A DNA stretch of 62,299 bases, the filler included, from Sphacelaria rigidula (taxonomy: Eukaryota), in NCBI GenBank assembly GCA_964200075.2. It is 9 parts of 9 records of this genome, joined end to end, with 100 filler letters (N's around TTAATTAATTAA, not from the genome) between each part and the next. Parts side by side here need not be neighbours in the genome. Positions count along the whole stretch, not along the records: positions 1 to 6,834 come from CAXNAA020017850.1; positions 6,935 to 13,768 come from CAXNAA020017851.1; 7 more parts are not named here. One strand, 5' to 3'. The position numbers and the translations under genes are program-made. How positions within the stretch are numbered: the stretch's first letter is position 1; every line of letters begins with the position of its first letter. This document shows, one piece after another, positions 1-13,328 of the stretch. The notes under the pieces were generated by a model that did not search any database, was not told where the DNA came from, and saw only the letters and a list, made by a program, of their open reading frames with translations.

Positions 1-856
1 GTTTTTGTCGAAATCGGCGTCTGGGGCGCCGATTTGAGGTCTGGCAACGCACACTTTGCCTGGGGAGTAAGTTGCACCCCTCTTGCCCGAGGGTTCTCGG
101 TGCGTCTTCGTTGGGGTTGGGGTAAGGGTTAGGGTTAGTGTTATTCGAAATGCATCAGCACCTGCACAAACCATAAAATTCCGAGAAATATCTGTCTACT
201 ACCAAGTGGTGAAGTCACCTCGTACGCCGAGAACGCGGAGTGGCGCAACGGTAGCGCTTTAGCGTGTCGGACCCTGCTGTGACGTTTTCATGTTTCTGGA
301 CAAGGGATCTGAGAATAATCTTCGACGATTAGGGGCTTTGCGTAAATCATGAGCTGTCTGAAGTGTGCAATTTCACGTGGAGACACATGGTTGAGATGAG
401 AGGGAAAATATGGCGCCACCCCTCAACCCTTTGACGGCGAGGGTCTGTCACCTGCTGAATCAGCATCAATTTCAATTGAGAAGTTATAGGTGATCCAGAT
501 GGACTACCTGCATCACGGTCTAAGGGTCAAGTACCGCTTGTTTTTCACGAAGCTCTCGTGACCTTTTTTTTCCTCTGTTGCACAAACCAACCAACAACGG
601 CTATATAGGATTTAGTGTGGGGATTCTTGACGGCATCACAATCTGTGCCATCACATTCATCTTCTATATTCCGATTTTTTTTCAAAGGCTCTGCAAGTTT
701 CTGAGTGTTAATTTTTCAAGTGGTGGCGTCACCTGCAAAAATAAAACTTGAACTAAGACTAAAAACTAGAAACTAGAAACTAGAAACTGAACATCCAACA
801 AGAAGAAAAAACGAATAATAACTGATTGACAAAAAAATCCCGATATTTATTCGTAC

Positions 857-1000
857 CTTGCTCTGGGTCTTCCGGCGTCCCCTTCCTCCAAAAAGAAGTT
901 GGCTCCCAGATCAGGCATTGCCACAACCTCATCATCGGCCAGCGTCACAACGCCTGGCCCTGCCAGCACCAAGTTCTTGGCTATCTCAACTCCGAGACCC
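857..1000 (-). CDS. UBA1: Ubiquitin-activating enzyme E1 (UBA1-like), internal exon
   Basis: cag|G...AG|gtacg exon, 144 nt, phase 2-2, translating GLGVEIAKNLVLAGPGVVTLADDEVVAMPDLGANFFLEEGDAGRPRA. This matches the ThiF/inactive adenylation domain of E1 (GLGVEIAKN motif) and joins in frame to the exon at 2475-2584. Confidence 0.93.
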
Positions 1001-2474
1001 CTGGCATATATATCAGCGGAAAATGGAGTTGCACTGCCATGTGATTCACTCCAGGATAGATATGCGTCGAGATATGTCGTTTCTTCCGCATGGATCCGGG
1101 AGATTTTCTTCGAAGAAAATGTGATCCCCAGGTGTAGATATATTTTCGGAACATTTTAATCATTCCCCCCCCCCCCCTTCCCCAAGTCAATTCCCACCGA
1201 CCGTCCTCGAAACTGCCCCTGCCCCCAAGTATTTCACCACGATAGGTTCGTCCTACCTCACTAAGTTTTGTTCCAGTAACTTTGTCTCCATCTGAACACC
1301 CTCCAAGACATATCATTTGTTCGGCGGAACGCTTTGCATACTAAATATTCGAGACCTTGTAAAATATCCTACACCACTCCACCCGCGTAGCCGTCTGTGA
1401 CGAAATTACGTTGATACGTTGAGTTGGTAGTCATGATCTGGATAATGACCGGGGACACGGGGATAATACCCTGGCGTGTCTAGGAGGCTGTGCTTACGAG
1501 GGCACTCCTGCTTTTGAGATGTTGTAAAGGCTGACAACTGAAACTGAGGCTAGTGAGACTGAGGAGTCGTTCAACAGCAGTGATCCACCAGTTCCTCTTC
1601 TGGCTGGCGTCAAACATCGCTGGCTGCGAGCTAAATAAACACGCATGTGTTGTTGTTGTTGTTAGCGGTGGTGATCTTGTCACTTTCACTCCCCCAGCTC
1701 GTAAACTCACAACGAACTACTTCGTCTTCAACACATCTTCCTAGGTTTAAACAAGACGTGCCAATAGAACAAACGAATGTTGTGGGGGGGGGGGGGAGTC
1801 TGAAGCAAATACCCCTACTCCGACCATACCGCTCAGCCATGTACTCACCGGTTTGAGCATCAGGGCGCACCAGCATCAAGTTATAGGCCATCAGATACCA
1901 AATAAAATCACGTACGGTCATCAGCACACATGGTGTTGGCACGTGACTTCTCGAGACATCCGGATACTAATTGATATCCGCAGGCGAGCTCGAATCGATC
2001 AAAGCGTTGGAAAAGAGAAACGGTGATGAACAAAAAAATAGAGTAAAAAAACTTTTCTCAACGCAAATGTTGGCTTTCTCCTCACCTTCCATCACAAAAT
2101 AACGATAGATGACCCAAACCCCATAACATACAGAAAAACCAGGACGGTAAACGGCACCTGCGTGCCCGCTATCAGGGCTACCTTGTCCACCAAAATACAA
2201 GCGGGCACTGCAAACGGGAGGCTGAGCAAGTGCTGATATCGCTTTGAGATCATTCTTTGCCTTCTTCGTGGATACCCCGAGCGTCGGTCGACGCGCTCGC
2301 TGCCTTCGTGAGATCACCGGATCTGGGGACCTCCGTAAAGATTCGAGCACCCCAAGCAGCAAATGGAGCCGCGACACGCATGTACCTCGGGATGAACGGC
2401 TTCCAGCGAACCGTTGACGCAAAAACAAAAAACGAGGAGGCGAGGGAACGACCCCCCCATACCGTAAAAATTAC

Positions 2475-2584
2475 CTGAGCCCGACGATGAGAACCTTGAG
2501 ATTCATTAGTTTAGACATGGCCTCCAAACCGAACGCTCCGATCTGGCGGCTATACTTGTCCATGAAAGCCGCATCATCTTCCAG
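2475..2584 (-). CDS. UBA1: Ubiquitin-activating enzyme E1 (UBA1-like), exon
   Basis: Pyrimidine tract and aacag acceptor, AG|gtaa donor. Translates LEDDAAFMDKYSRQIGAFGLEAMSKLMNLKVLIVGL(R), the YSRQ...G.EAM..L..VLIVGL signature of the E1 N-terminus. Confidence 0.93.
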
Positions 2585-2864
2585 CTGTTCGTTTTGCGAA
2601 GAAAAAAAAAGAGCGAACGATCGACAAAAAAAGAAGAAGAGCATGTACATCAGATGATGCAGTCAAGAAGAGTGGACGCCATTTCGCAACACTTTCACCG
2701 CGACTTTCAAAGCTGACGGGTCTGGCAATACTGTGGGGCTCTCACTACAATGCGGTCAGAATCGTAAAGTAGCGCAATTCATTACTGCAGACAACAGTGT
2801 GGCATCAACACGTGGAAGGAGCGCGAAAAAAAAAGTGTCAGCCATTTAGGGCGCCCGAGCCTAC

Positions 2865-2935
2865 TTTTTCCAAGAGTCCGGGATTTTGACGGTCCATTCG
2901 GGTTTGGAGGATGACCACTGAGGGCGTGTAGATAT
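2865..2935 (-). CDS. UBA1: Probable upstream/first coding exon of the E1 gene (possible ATG at 2897: MDRQNPGLLEK)
   Basis: ctgcag acceptor and AAA|gtagg donor. The phase-0 end joins in frame to LEDDAAFMDKYSRQ. No homology support for this part. Confidence 0.5.
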
Positions 2936-5900
2936 CTGCAGGTGGGCCGGGTGCGCGTGGATACGATGCATTCGCGAGTTTTACTTTCCCGCCAAGATTG
3001 CAACGGCCTAGGTTGCGCTCACAAGCGGGCGGGTTACAGCCTCTTCTTCCGAACATTCTTCACAAAGAAAAAGCCGACCGGGGTTGGCTGCTCTGCAGTT
3101 CCCAACGCCACCGGACCCCGTTTGACAGGAGGGGTTTGTGAGGGGGGTAAGCTCCTCGCTGCAGTTTCATGCGCATTGTGTGTGTATGTGTGTGTAACAA
3201 CTTGTGCTCGTCTTGCTCAGTTGGCTGTGGGTGTACTCATGAGTTGGCTGTGTGTGGGGGGAAGGATGTACCCATAATCTTGCACACCGTCGTCATGCGG
3301 CCGTTGACCTTGCATCTCTACTGTACCGAGCCGGGCCGGACCACACGAGGTTTTTGCCGGACCAGGCTTGCCCTCAAACCACCAAGCGCAAAGCGCCGTG
3401 ATATGTCCGGCGAGTCGCATGAAGGATGAGCTTGAGGATGGGGGTTGGAGGGGCGCGCGCGCGGGGGGGGGTTCGTGAACCTCAGGCATTAGATAAAAAA
3501 AAACACATAGCCAACCACACCTGCACGCGCCGACTGCACGTACGAGTGCATTTTCCGGCAAACGAAGACGCCACGCCGTTTAGCTGTCCAGCATTTCAAT
3601 GACCGTGTGTGGTGACCATGTGCATCTACTACTGTACCGTTGGCACGATCACGGCGACTGTTCGTACTGTTGAAAGAAACACGGTTATCCCGGGATGGCA
3701 AAGCGCTGGTGATTGTGGGTTACGCACGAATAACTCATGGCACGCGGCATAAGCGTGGCAGCGGTGTTTTCTGTTCGTCTCGATGGCATCCCTCCACCAG
3801 AAACACCGATCGTGCTCTGGAACCCTCCAAAAGCCGAGCCAACCGGCACGCCGACCACGGATCCGGGATTCCGATAGTCCCGCGAGTGTTTGGCCAACGG
3901 TTTCTGTGAGTAGAGATTGGATGGATGTTGGAAGGACAAATAGCGCTTGGACCGTGTCTTACCGAGACAAAAAAAAAAGAGAGGCGAGGAACGAACCAAG
4001 CGCCCAAAAGCAGCATGTTGATCAGCCACCGCAACTTTAGACCCGCCCGGGGACCAACCAACGTGCTGCTTTTGGACGCTTGGTTCGTTTCTGGCCTTTC
4101 TTGTTTGGTCTCGTTAAGACACGGCGTTGAGCCATAGTGATACAAAAATAGAGCGTTTTGATCACTGGGCGTGCAGAAGCATATTGCCACGCTTGCGCGA
4201 GGCAAACGCATCTCCTTCCACTTCCGTGTACAGCATCACTCAGCTGCTTGTGAAAACTTTGGGGCACAGAACGTGTTGGGCGATGGATCTCCCCCCCCGC
4301 TACACCGTTGCAGCTCACCCGAGGGTTAGTCAGCGGGGGTGATAGGCTACCCGATGCAGTCCCATGCGCGTTGCTTGCATTGGTGCCAACTTGTGCTCGT
4401 TCTACTCAGTTGGCTATCGAGGATGTGGGAAAATCTCCTGCAAAAACTCAGTCACAACATCCAAACACCTCTTTACCACACCCGCACGAGCCGCGCCTAG
4501 CGGACAGTACGCACGACCCGCGCACCAGCAAACAAGAACGCCACGCCGTTCAGCTGGTCAGCAGCGACTGGTTGTGTCGACCACGTACTATTTACTACGG
4601 GCGCCATGATTTATGCAAGTGTCATGGTCCTATCAGGAGACGGCGAAGAGCTGGTGGAGGTGCCGACTTGTGTACGAATGGTTCATGTCGCGCGTATGCG
4701 TGGAAACGACCTGTTTTCATCGTGTGCGTCCTTTCTCCGAGTAAGCTTCCCCGCTTGGGAGGGTTCCATGGTTGACTCAGTTCGACTTGATTCCTGTATG
4801 GACAGCGAAATCCGAATATTTACTGGGATTATGCTCCAAGCATGCTCCTAGCGTGCGCAGAACGCGCTTTCGTCGAAATCCGCGCCTGGGGCGTCTGGCA
4901 ACGCACACTTTGCATATGGAACACGTTGTACCCTTTTTGCCTGAGGGTTCTCGATGTGACTTCGTTGGGGTAACGGTTATTGTTGGAGTTTGCTCGAAAT
5001 TATAAATTTCCGAGAAATTTCTCACCCTCTCAAGTGGTGAACTGACCTCCTCCCCCCCAAAAAACACAATAATAACGAAACCGTCTCGAGAAGGCAGTCT
5101 TTCTAGCGCCCAACGATGGGCCCGGGCCACGGGGCATTGGACAAATTGACCTCTGAAACGCCCAGCAGGGTCTCATCTGATGAACTGACATCTCACTGCT
5201 GATAATGATCACCGCTTACAGTTTCGATACAGAATACAAATGTTGCATCTTTCCGTAGGATTTGAAACCAGTATGAGTACGATAGAGTTCGCGCCACTCT
5301 GTCATCATATTTAATGGTTTAATGCACTTAATCTGGGTGTAGACTTGAATCATTCACGGATCTTTCGGGGGGCTGGCGGTACCGGGTACCGAACAGCGTG
5401 CGCAGGACTCGTTTTTGATCGAAATCGACGAACACGTTACCTCCAACATGACCTTCACCCACCTTGCTGGAGAGTTCGTGGTATGCGTTGGGTTCGTGGG
5501 TTTGGGGTTGGGGCTAAGGCCGTACACTCAAATTGTTTTAGACTTGAACGCGTTCGTGCGGCGGAACTGATTAAGTTCGTTTTGCGATGTGTGGGTCCGA
5601 GCGAATTTGTACGCTTCGAATCGAAAAGGCTAAGCGAAATTTGTGAAGCGGTACTTCTTTACTTATATCCAATAGACAGTACAGACTGTACAACAGCGGC
5701 GGTCTGTACTATCTAGATAGTGTGTGTTTCGCACAGCATGCAGCCGCGATGTGGAAAAGAAGCGGGCAGCTCGACATACAAACAGCACAGCTTCTCGACT
5801 CTCTGCATACAGGAGGATGCCAAGCAGATTTGAACCACGTGCATTTTTGCACCGCTTTTACTGTTCATGAGCGCGTTGGCAATCTGATCGCCCGCCCCGA

Positions 5901-6834
5901 CTCGCAACTCCGTCGGTGGACCCTGCCACTAAAATTAGACCCCAAGTTTTCGCCAACAAAAAAAAACACATAATGCCAAAAGAGTAGTGGTGTCTGTCCT
6001 CCATCACTGCAGTGTATGTTTTCCTGTGCTCAGTTCGTGATTTATGCCGCAGGGTTGAGTAGGTAGCTGCGAATGAACCATTTGGGTTTTGCGTAGTTCT
6101 GTGAAAGGGTGGTATCTAGCACGGTTGTCTGCAGAATAAGAGTCAAGTGTATCTTCGTTCGTTCCGCCGCTCGTTTCGCTCCAAAAAGCTAAGCTTTTCT
6201 GGTTTTGACCCTACCCATCGCGCGCAGCTAATTTGAAAATTGACTTGAAGCCATCTGAGAACATAAATGCCGTGGACGTATCTGATACGGCCTCGTAGCT
6301 ACCAATTCGATTCGACCGCATGTTTTCATAAAAATATTCTTGATAGGGGTGTGTCTTAGTATATCAGTTTTCGATCGAAATTGTGCGGTACAAAACAAAA
6401 AACCCGATCTGATGGCTCGTAATTTCAACCATCGTCATTAATTCTGGAGATGGTAAAAATTACAGCCGATCATATCGGGATTTTTGTTTTTCACCACATA
6501 ATTTCGATCGGAAACTCACGTGCTGAGACACCGCCCAAGCCTTCGGGTTTGAAAAAGACAAAGTGTGTTCAACCATAGAAACTTGTGACAGCTTCGCTGA
6601 AACGTGCCCCTTAGAGGTGCCTGGTTGAGACAGCGGGCGAGTGTATCCCGGTACGCCAACCGTGGCTATTAAGAACAAATGATGGGACGGATGGAATGCT
6701 CCACGGTTAGGACAAATCATCACGACGCAAAATCACCAAATTCACGATTTCTTTGGCCTGATTGACCAAAAGGGAGAAAAAAGTTGATCGCTGGTTCAAG
6801 GGGTATCTACGCAACGTTTGCGCCATTCCACGTG

Positions 6835-6934
6835 NNNNNNNNNNNNNNNNNNNNNNNNNNNNNNNNNNNNNNNNNNNNTTAATTAATTAANNNNNNNNNN
6901 NNNNNNNNNNNNNNNNNNNNNNNNNNNNNNNNNN
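6835..6934. other. Artificial contig linker N44-TTAATTAATTAA-N44 (also at 13769, 20703, 27637, 34570, 41503, 48436, 55368)
   Basis: Eight identical 100-bp spacers containing a stop-in-all-frames 12-mer, separating contigs of 6834, 6834, 6834, 6834, 6833, 6833, 6833, 6832 and 6832 bp. Confidence 0.98.
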
Positions 6935-6992
6935 GCGAGCTTGACATACCAGCACGTGAAGGTGTTGCGCCGGATGACTGTTATTTTTTTTT

Positions 6993-7023
<31 letters not shown>

Positions 7024-10000
7024 GTGATAAAGATGGAACACGTAAATCCATCCTCCATGTCGCAGAGCAGTGGTTCCTAAGTGCTGCACGCTGGAGGAAC
7101 ATCGGATGATTTCTTCGCCCCCAACCCTTCATTATTGCCCACCAAACTTCGGTGCCCATCACACCGGATAGTCGATGTGACTTCCTATGCTTCGAAGCAA
7201 ACCCTGACGCTGTTTCCGTGGTAGATCACTTTTGTTTCCGACAGCTTACAGTATCACTGACGACACAAGGAATCGTCAGACCGTGAGTGCGCGCTTATAC
7301 CTTGCGCGGCGATCCCGTAAACACGCTTCATGCGCGACAATGACAAGCACATGTCTGGAACGTCTCTCCCACTGGCGGGCAATGTTAATTGTTGCATGTA
7401 TGCTCGCGGGAGAATATATTCCCCACGCTACAAACTAAATGGACGCGGCGCAATTACTACCTGCTCAATGTGGATATCATATGTGAACCGATAGGTATTC
7501 ACGCCGCACCTCACATGTTGTAACACCCGCCACTGAGATGGCAATATCTCGACGCACAAGGCAGCTATCGACACAAATCGAATTGCTCTGTGTAGATAAA
7601 ACGTGTACCTATGAGCCCTCCACTTCTTGGCGGCCAACTCTCTTGTCGTAAAATTGGAAGTTGGGGTGAGGTGAAGATCATTTACTGCAGATATGGCACT
7701 GTTTCGATACTCAATTGAAGTCTGCCAGGGCTTGAACGACGGCTAGTGTCTAGTAGTACCTGCCTGTAGAGTTTCGGCTTCGTGACGTTCGTCAGTAGTA
7801 AGTAATCTTTTCTGTCGCGTGAAGGACGGGCATGTTAGAAAATGACGTTTTTGCTTGTACGAGTACAAATAGTTACAACTTTCGTAAGGGGTATCCATCG
7901 CTGGTTTGTGAGCTGTGCTGGGTTGAATTGAGCCAGACTGCGATGAGAGGGTAGCTTTAGATATATACTACAGCTGTGTATCGCTTTAGTTACGATATAA
8001 CCTCCTGTACACTTCTTAGACTCCGTTTCGTCTTCATTTTGGGGGTGGTGGTGGAAAACGTGACACTAACCGCCCGCGTGACACGGCATATCGCTGTTTT
8101 CTGGGCCTTTATTGCTGTTTCTGAAGGGTCATTTTTGTGAGGAAAACTCCGAGAAAAGCCTCGAGAGCCAGTTTGCGTATCGAAAGTACCGGCTTACCAG
8201 ATCGCGATTCCGATACTCGAGATATTTCTATACTCGATTCTCAACACTGCGAGAAACGAAGCAACCGTCCAAACGCAGCAAGTCGATTGGTCGCCGGGAG
8301 GGCCCATGGTCGCGGCGTCTGACCAACGTCCTGCATTTCGAAGCTTCTTCCTTTCACAGCTTCATTTTTTGTCTCGTCACGGCCCAAACAACCGGTCTTT
8401 TTCAAGTAGTAGTCAGAACACATGCGTGCGCGTCGAGATGAGAAGCCGATACGATTGTTCAGGTGTGCTGAACGAGGCCGCCATTTTTCATTGCACGGAT
8501 GCAGTGTTGCGCAAAAATAAAAATAAAACATTTTCTCGAAACAGAAATTGACCACACTTTCCTGTAGTGCGCACTCCTACAGCGCGCAGTACCAGATATA
8601 GCGACGTGGAACTGTTGACTGTGGTTGGCACAACATATGTGCAACGTTTCAGCGCCTCGCGACGGCTACATCGCGCGCAGGGCCGTACGTCGTGAACTGC
8701 GCAAGTGTTCAGACTGTATGCCGATCGGTACACTGCAGATGGTCATGATCCAGAGAGGGTCGCAGTACAGACCGGCTTCAGTTTTCTGCCACATCGGCCG
8801 CCCAGCCGCGCTAAATGTCCAACTTTGTGCATCTGTGCGTGCACATATGCATTCACCTATAGTGCGCAAAGTCTGGGCAGCTGCATGGTCGATTTGAGAG
8901 CGCACGGACGGCATTCTCCACAATCGGTTGGAACCATGTTGTACGATGTTCCCGTGCCCAATCCCGCGGATGCTTTGGGCATATGCTGCCTGTGTTGTGC
9001 ACAGTTCATGATGGAACACCCAGTCACAGGCGAGAAATCCACAACTCGAGTTGCACTGAAAAATGGTGGTTTCCCGTAGGAAAGGACTCAAATGAGCATG
9101 AGATGCGGTTACGCCCTGATTACGCCGCATATCGTATGCGGTTATGTCATTTTACGGCACGGGTATACTGTCTGTGGGCCGTACGTGTATTACACTACAC
9201 TTTATATAGTGGTCATGACGGAGTTTTCAAATTTCAAATTTATCAGCTGCGCCGCCAGACATGCATGCAAACGATTGTGCCGTTCTCCAGTGCGCCGAAA
9301 GCAAATGAGATGCTCCTTTTTCAAGCAGGTCGTACATTCCATATACTACGCCCTGGGCGCGGTGGTGCGCTGGAACACCAAGCGTGGTCGCCACCTATCG
9401 TCGTACAATGGGGCTCGCAAGGCACCCACACCGAGCAACACCATGCACACCACCTAACGCGGGATATCGTCACGTTCTCGGCCTGCAACTTATGCCGACG
9501 ATCCAGCCTTGAACATAGCTTTTCAGATGTGCCGTGTGTTGGGCTATAGGTCGTCCCTCTGGGGTACCTGGCTCGTGTGAACTACACCTACTTTGCGGAT
9601 GATCCAAGATGGTAATTTATAAAGTGATTCTTGTATGCGACAATCGGCGTACATTTGACTTTTTTTTTCTTTTGGCGCAACACTGATGGTGGTTTGTCGG
9701 GAATTTCTTCTGGTTTCGGAGTGCTACGTATTTCCTTGTGTCTGCCTGGAGCCCTAATTGTCAACCTCGGATCAACACTACGTGTTCTCGCTGAGCGGTG
9801 TGAAGCTGAGGGCCTGATAAAACCTGGGAGTACGGACGGAGTTTTCTCAGAATTTGCGCAAGACGATAATAGTCCTACCTCCAACGTTTCCTCCGTCTCG
9901 CGCATATGAACGTGTTTCTGACGAGCGAGGAAGTTCATGGACTAAATCGAGGTTACCATCACACGTGCATGCATCATGGGCTTCGCTGCACGCACTTCTC

Positions 10001-12068
10001 TCCAGGGCGGGGATAATCGTGAAATATATATATATATATATACATATACTCTCATGATTTACATCCTTCGATTCCAAGGGCAGACAAGTCCGGGCTGTCT
10101 GCCAGAATTGCATTCGAACTGTACTGCACAAACCACGGGTCTTATGTAGGGGTGGTATACAACGAGCCATAGGTCCTCAGGGTAGGATACACCTTCGGGC
10201 ACCCTGGACTTCCAGTTGCTAGCCTGGTTACTACTGAATTTAGGAGCTATTGTACGACGTCTCATAGGTGCTAAGGGTAAGGTACATACGCCCTCGGGCA
10301 CCCTGTCGTAGTTGCTACACTGGGTATATCCGAGTATTTTCAACAGTCCCTGCGTACTGGAACACAGGAATTTCGGCAGGTTATGTCCCGAGTATCCTGG
10401 AATGATGTGTCCTTCAAATTACCTGGTACCCTACCCTACGCACCTCTGCAACTCACCTACCACTGCACAAACCGCAAGCAACGACACAGTGCTCAGAACA
10501 GCAGAAAATCTGGAACCGGGGATGTTTTCTAGTGGGTGTATATTCTAGTGTGGGGGTTGCCAATAGTATGTCACATGCGGTAGGTATGGCATTGGAGCAT
10601 AACAAGAGGCGGGAAAATACACCGCTTTAGAAGTTACATCAAGGATCTCTTTGCTGACGCGGCTTTGGTTGATGGAGCGATTGCAAATGCCAAATGGCTC
10701 GCCATGACCCCTCTACACTCAGTATTGCGGACTTTCAACGCTGGTTCGTGCGGAGCATGCAAAACTTTCTTGGAGCTACAGCATGCATGAAATGCTGTGC
10801 TGACTGTCCTGCAATTGTTCCCTTGTATACAAGTATACAAGTATACACCTCGTAAAACCGGGAGTATTTTAGGTCCTGCTGAGCGGAGAGTCGAAACTAA
10901 TGTTTGACAGCTCTAACGGTATGCCATAAGGCAGAACCATACACATCCACCGAAGATTGATGAGAATTTTCACGAAGCACCTCAGCTATCCAGTAACAAC
11001 GAATGTGCCTGCACCAGTTGGGGAAAACGATGACCCTAGACCGCATCTGACACAGGCCTCTGTTCTCCGGGCCACATGAAGCGGGCAGATTTGTCGATCT
11101 GAACTTTCAAAGGCGCATATGTGTGACGCGACTAGCGGCGATCAGTATTCCTGGACGCTGGGAGCGACCGCACCGGGGCTATACTACTGTATATTACACG
11201 AGCAACGTGTTGATGCCCAGAAACGATGTCTCGATGGAAGGCCCTTTCCAGAGATCTGCCTATTTGAACACCTTCCGAGGTCACCGCCACCGCAGTGGAG
11301 GTCGAGATAGTATGGCTTAATGCCAAAACAAATCCGCACTGTTGTGGGTGGGTGCTATTGGGACACACTGCAGACAGTCTAGCAGTTTCCGGCTGTTGTA
11401 GACTGACTGTACTGAACACAACTGTCTGCATCGCACCTGTTTTGAACTGTACTGACTATTGTACTGAACTGTACTGTGCCGTATACTATCGCAGCATAAT
11501 CTGGCTACTTGTTCGATACTGGTATGTGATGTACGTGTCCACCATCCCCATCTACTACAGGACAACAGGGTGCATGTGCATACTCTTCGCGACAAAGCGA
11601 TATTGAGCACTTCTTCTCTTCCAGCAATACTGGAACCAGGAGAATAGTTCCGGAAAGGAAACATACTGCAAGCTATCCCAACATGTAGAGAGCAGCACCG
11701 CGTGGCAAGGAGAACGCAGTAACACACCATTACAGATGCGTAGCTGGTTGCGGACAACACGGCGTCACCTGCCAAATGTAATATTCTCTAGCGGTGATGT
11801 TTCCAATCCGCTTTGTTCAAGGTCTTTGTAACCAACAAAGATGACTGTTGCATTTTTGAGGAATCTCTAGCCAAGACCTATAGAAAAAGTGAGCCCAATT
11901 CCTGAAGTAGATGCTATCGTCCTTGAGAAATCAGGGCTGAAAAATCATCACTTGGGGTGTTATACAGCGTACAAGACGCAAGTACTCTGACGTTTCGTTT
12001 GTCTATCCCCACTACACCGTAGACATGTATAACGTATCCTTCCCCCCCATCGATTTCACGATGTACTC

Positions 12069-12467
12069 ACCAGCTGCGCGGTAGTCACTCTCCGGTGGCA
12101 TATTCGATCTCCTCCGGGTCACGAGAAGGTGTATCTCCCGCCAGGGCGTGTCCTGTGCGATACTGTAGGCAGATGCGGGGGTTGCTCGAGAAGGATCGTT
12201 TCGAGACTGTCTTGTTTTTGAACGAACTGCCTTTTTGTCGAACGATGATTGGTCAAAGTAGGTCTGACGCAATAAAACACTTCGGGTCAGATCAGTGAGA
12301 CAAATACCGAAACCTAAAAATGTTTTGTTTTGCACCAGGAGCCGCGCGACCCGGAATTCGTTTCGGACGGTTGGGACTTGAGAAGGCATGGGTAATGTCT
12401 TGGACTGCTCCTCGGTGAGTCTCATTTGATTTCGTCGATTTTCTGCTGTCCTGGATTCATCTCGTAT
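12069..12467 (-). CDS. Possible exon of an uncharacterised protein
   Basis: ctctacag acceptor and G|gtgagt donor bracket an open frame (IRDESRTAENRRNQMRL...SDYRAA). No recognisable domain. Confidence 0.25.
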
Positions 12468-12950
12468 CTGTAGAGGACATCTTTTGGGCTTGAAATCACC
12501 ACATTCGATCATGGACTCTCTTTTGACAGCTTATAGCACCCCCCTTTGACACATGTTTCAACCCCTGATCCTCTTGAGAGGAAAACATGTATTGGCCAAA
12601 AAAGATTATCGAAGATACTTACAGACGGCGTGTTACCAACGAATTGATTTTTTCAGTGTCGCTGGTATCGTAGGTTCTGACTAAACCGACGTTGAAAAGT
12701 GTATCCTCAATGTAGGGGTGTTAAACACAGTCACCACGGTGTTCTTGCGCTTTGCTGCCATGCGGAGGGGGCAGTCAGCGTTGATGATGTTGAGCTGGCT
12801 TTGTTTGAAGATATGTAGTCTATATTATGGCGGCCTCATTGTTGATTGTTTGCGTGTTCGTTTCAGTTTCAACACACTGTGCCCCGCAAAGCACTGCGTA
12901 TAATGACTTGTCCGTCTCACGGGCCTGGATTTCCCATGAGCTATATCCCC

Positions 12951-13328
12951 GGTCGTCCCAGTGGCTCAGTTGTCAACCTCGGAACCTTCTGATAGTTGGG
13001 TCGTGGGTTCAAATCTCGGAGTGATCTGGGCTTTTTTCTCACACCATGACCAACAGTGGAGAGCGACTATGTCGTGGGTACACGAAATTCGACGTAACGG
13101 TCGACGAGGGAAAAGGACTACTGAACCCCTTTCACGATAAAAAATAAAGGCAAGCACCGCAGGAGGAAGGTGGGGCTTAGGTGGGGTACTAAAAACAAAG
13201 AAGAAAAAAAAAAGCTCCTGTGTTGACCTTCCTCCTGTGTGTCCCCGACTAAAGCGCCTACATATACCGAAAGGTGTAGACCGGCATCCAGAATAGATGG
13301 GACGACAACACACGCGCACACACACACG
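12951..13328 (+). mobile_element. tRNA-derived SINE, family A
   Basis: A-box TGGCTCAGTTG (~12962), B-box GGTTCAAATC (~13006) and a (CA)n tail. Body/tail are also found on the minus strand at ~31210-31390, ~35320-35600 and ~62230-62299. Confidence 0.8.

Noticed and set aside
113..140. True telomere from TTAGGG repeats
   Set aside because: Only 2-4 units, always embedded in the dispersed element.
12951..13025. tRNA gene
   Set aside because: No intact cloverleaf, and it continues into a repeated SINE body, so it is a SINE head.
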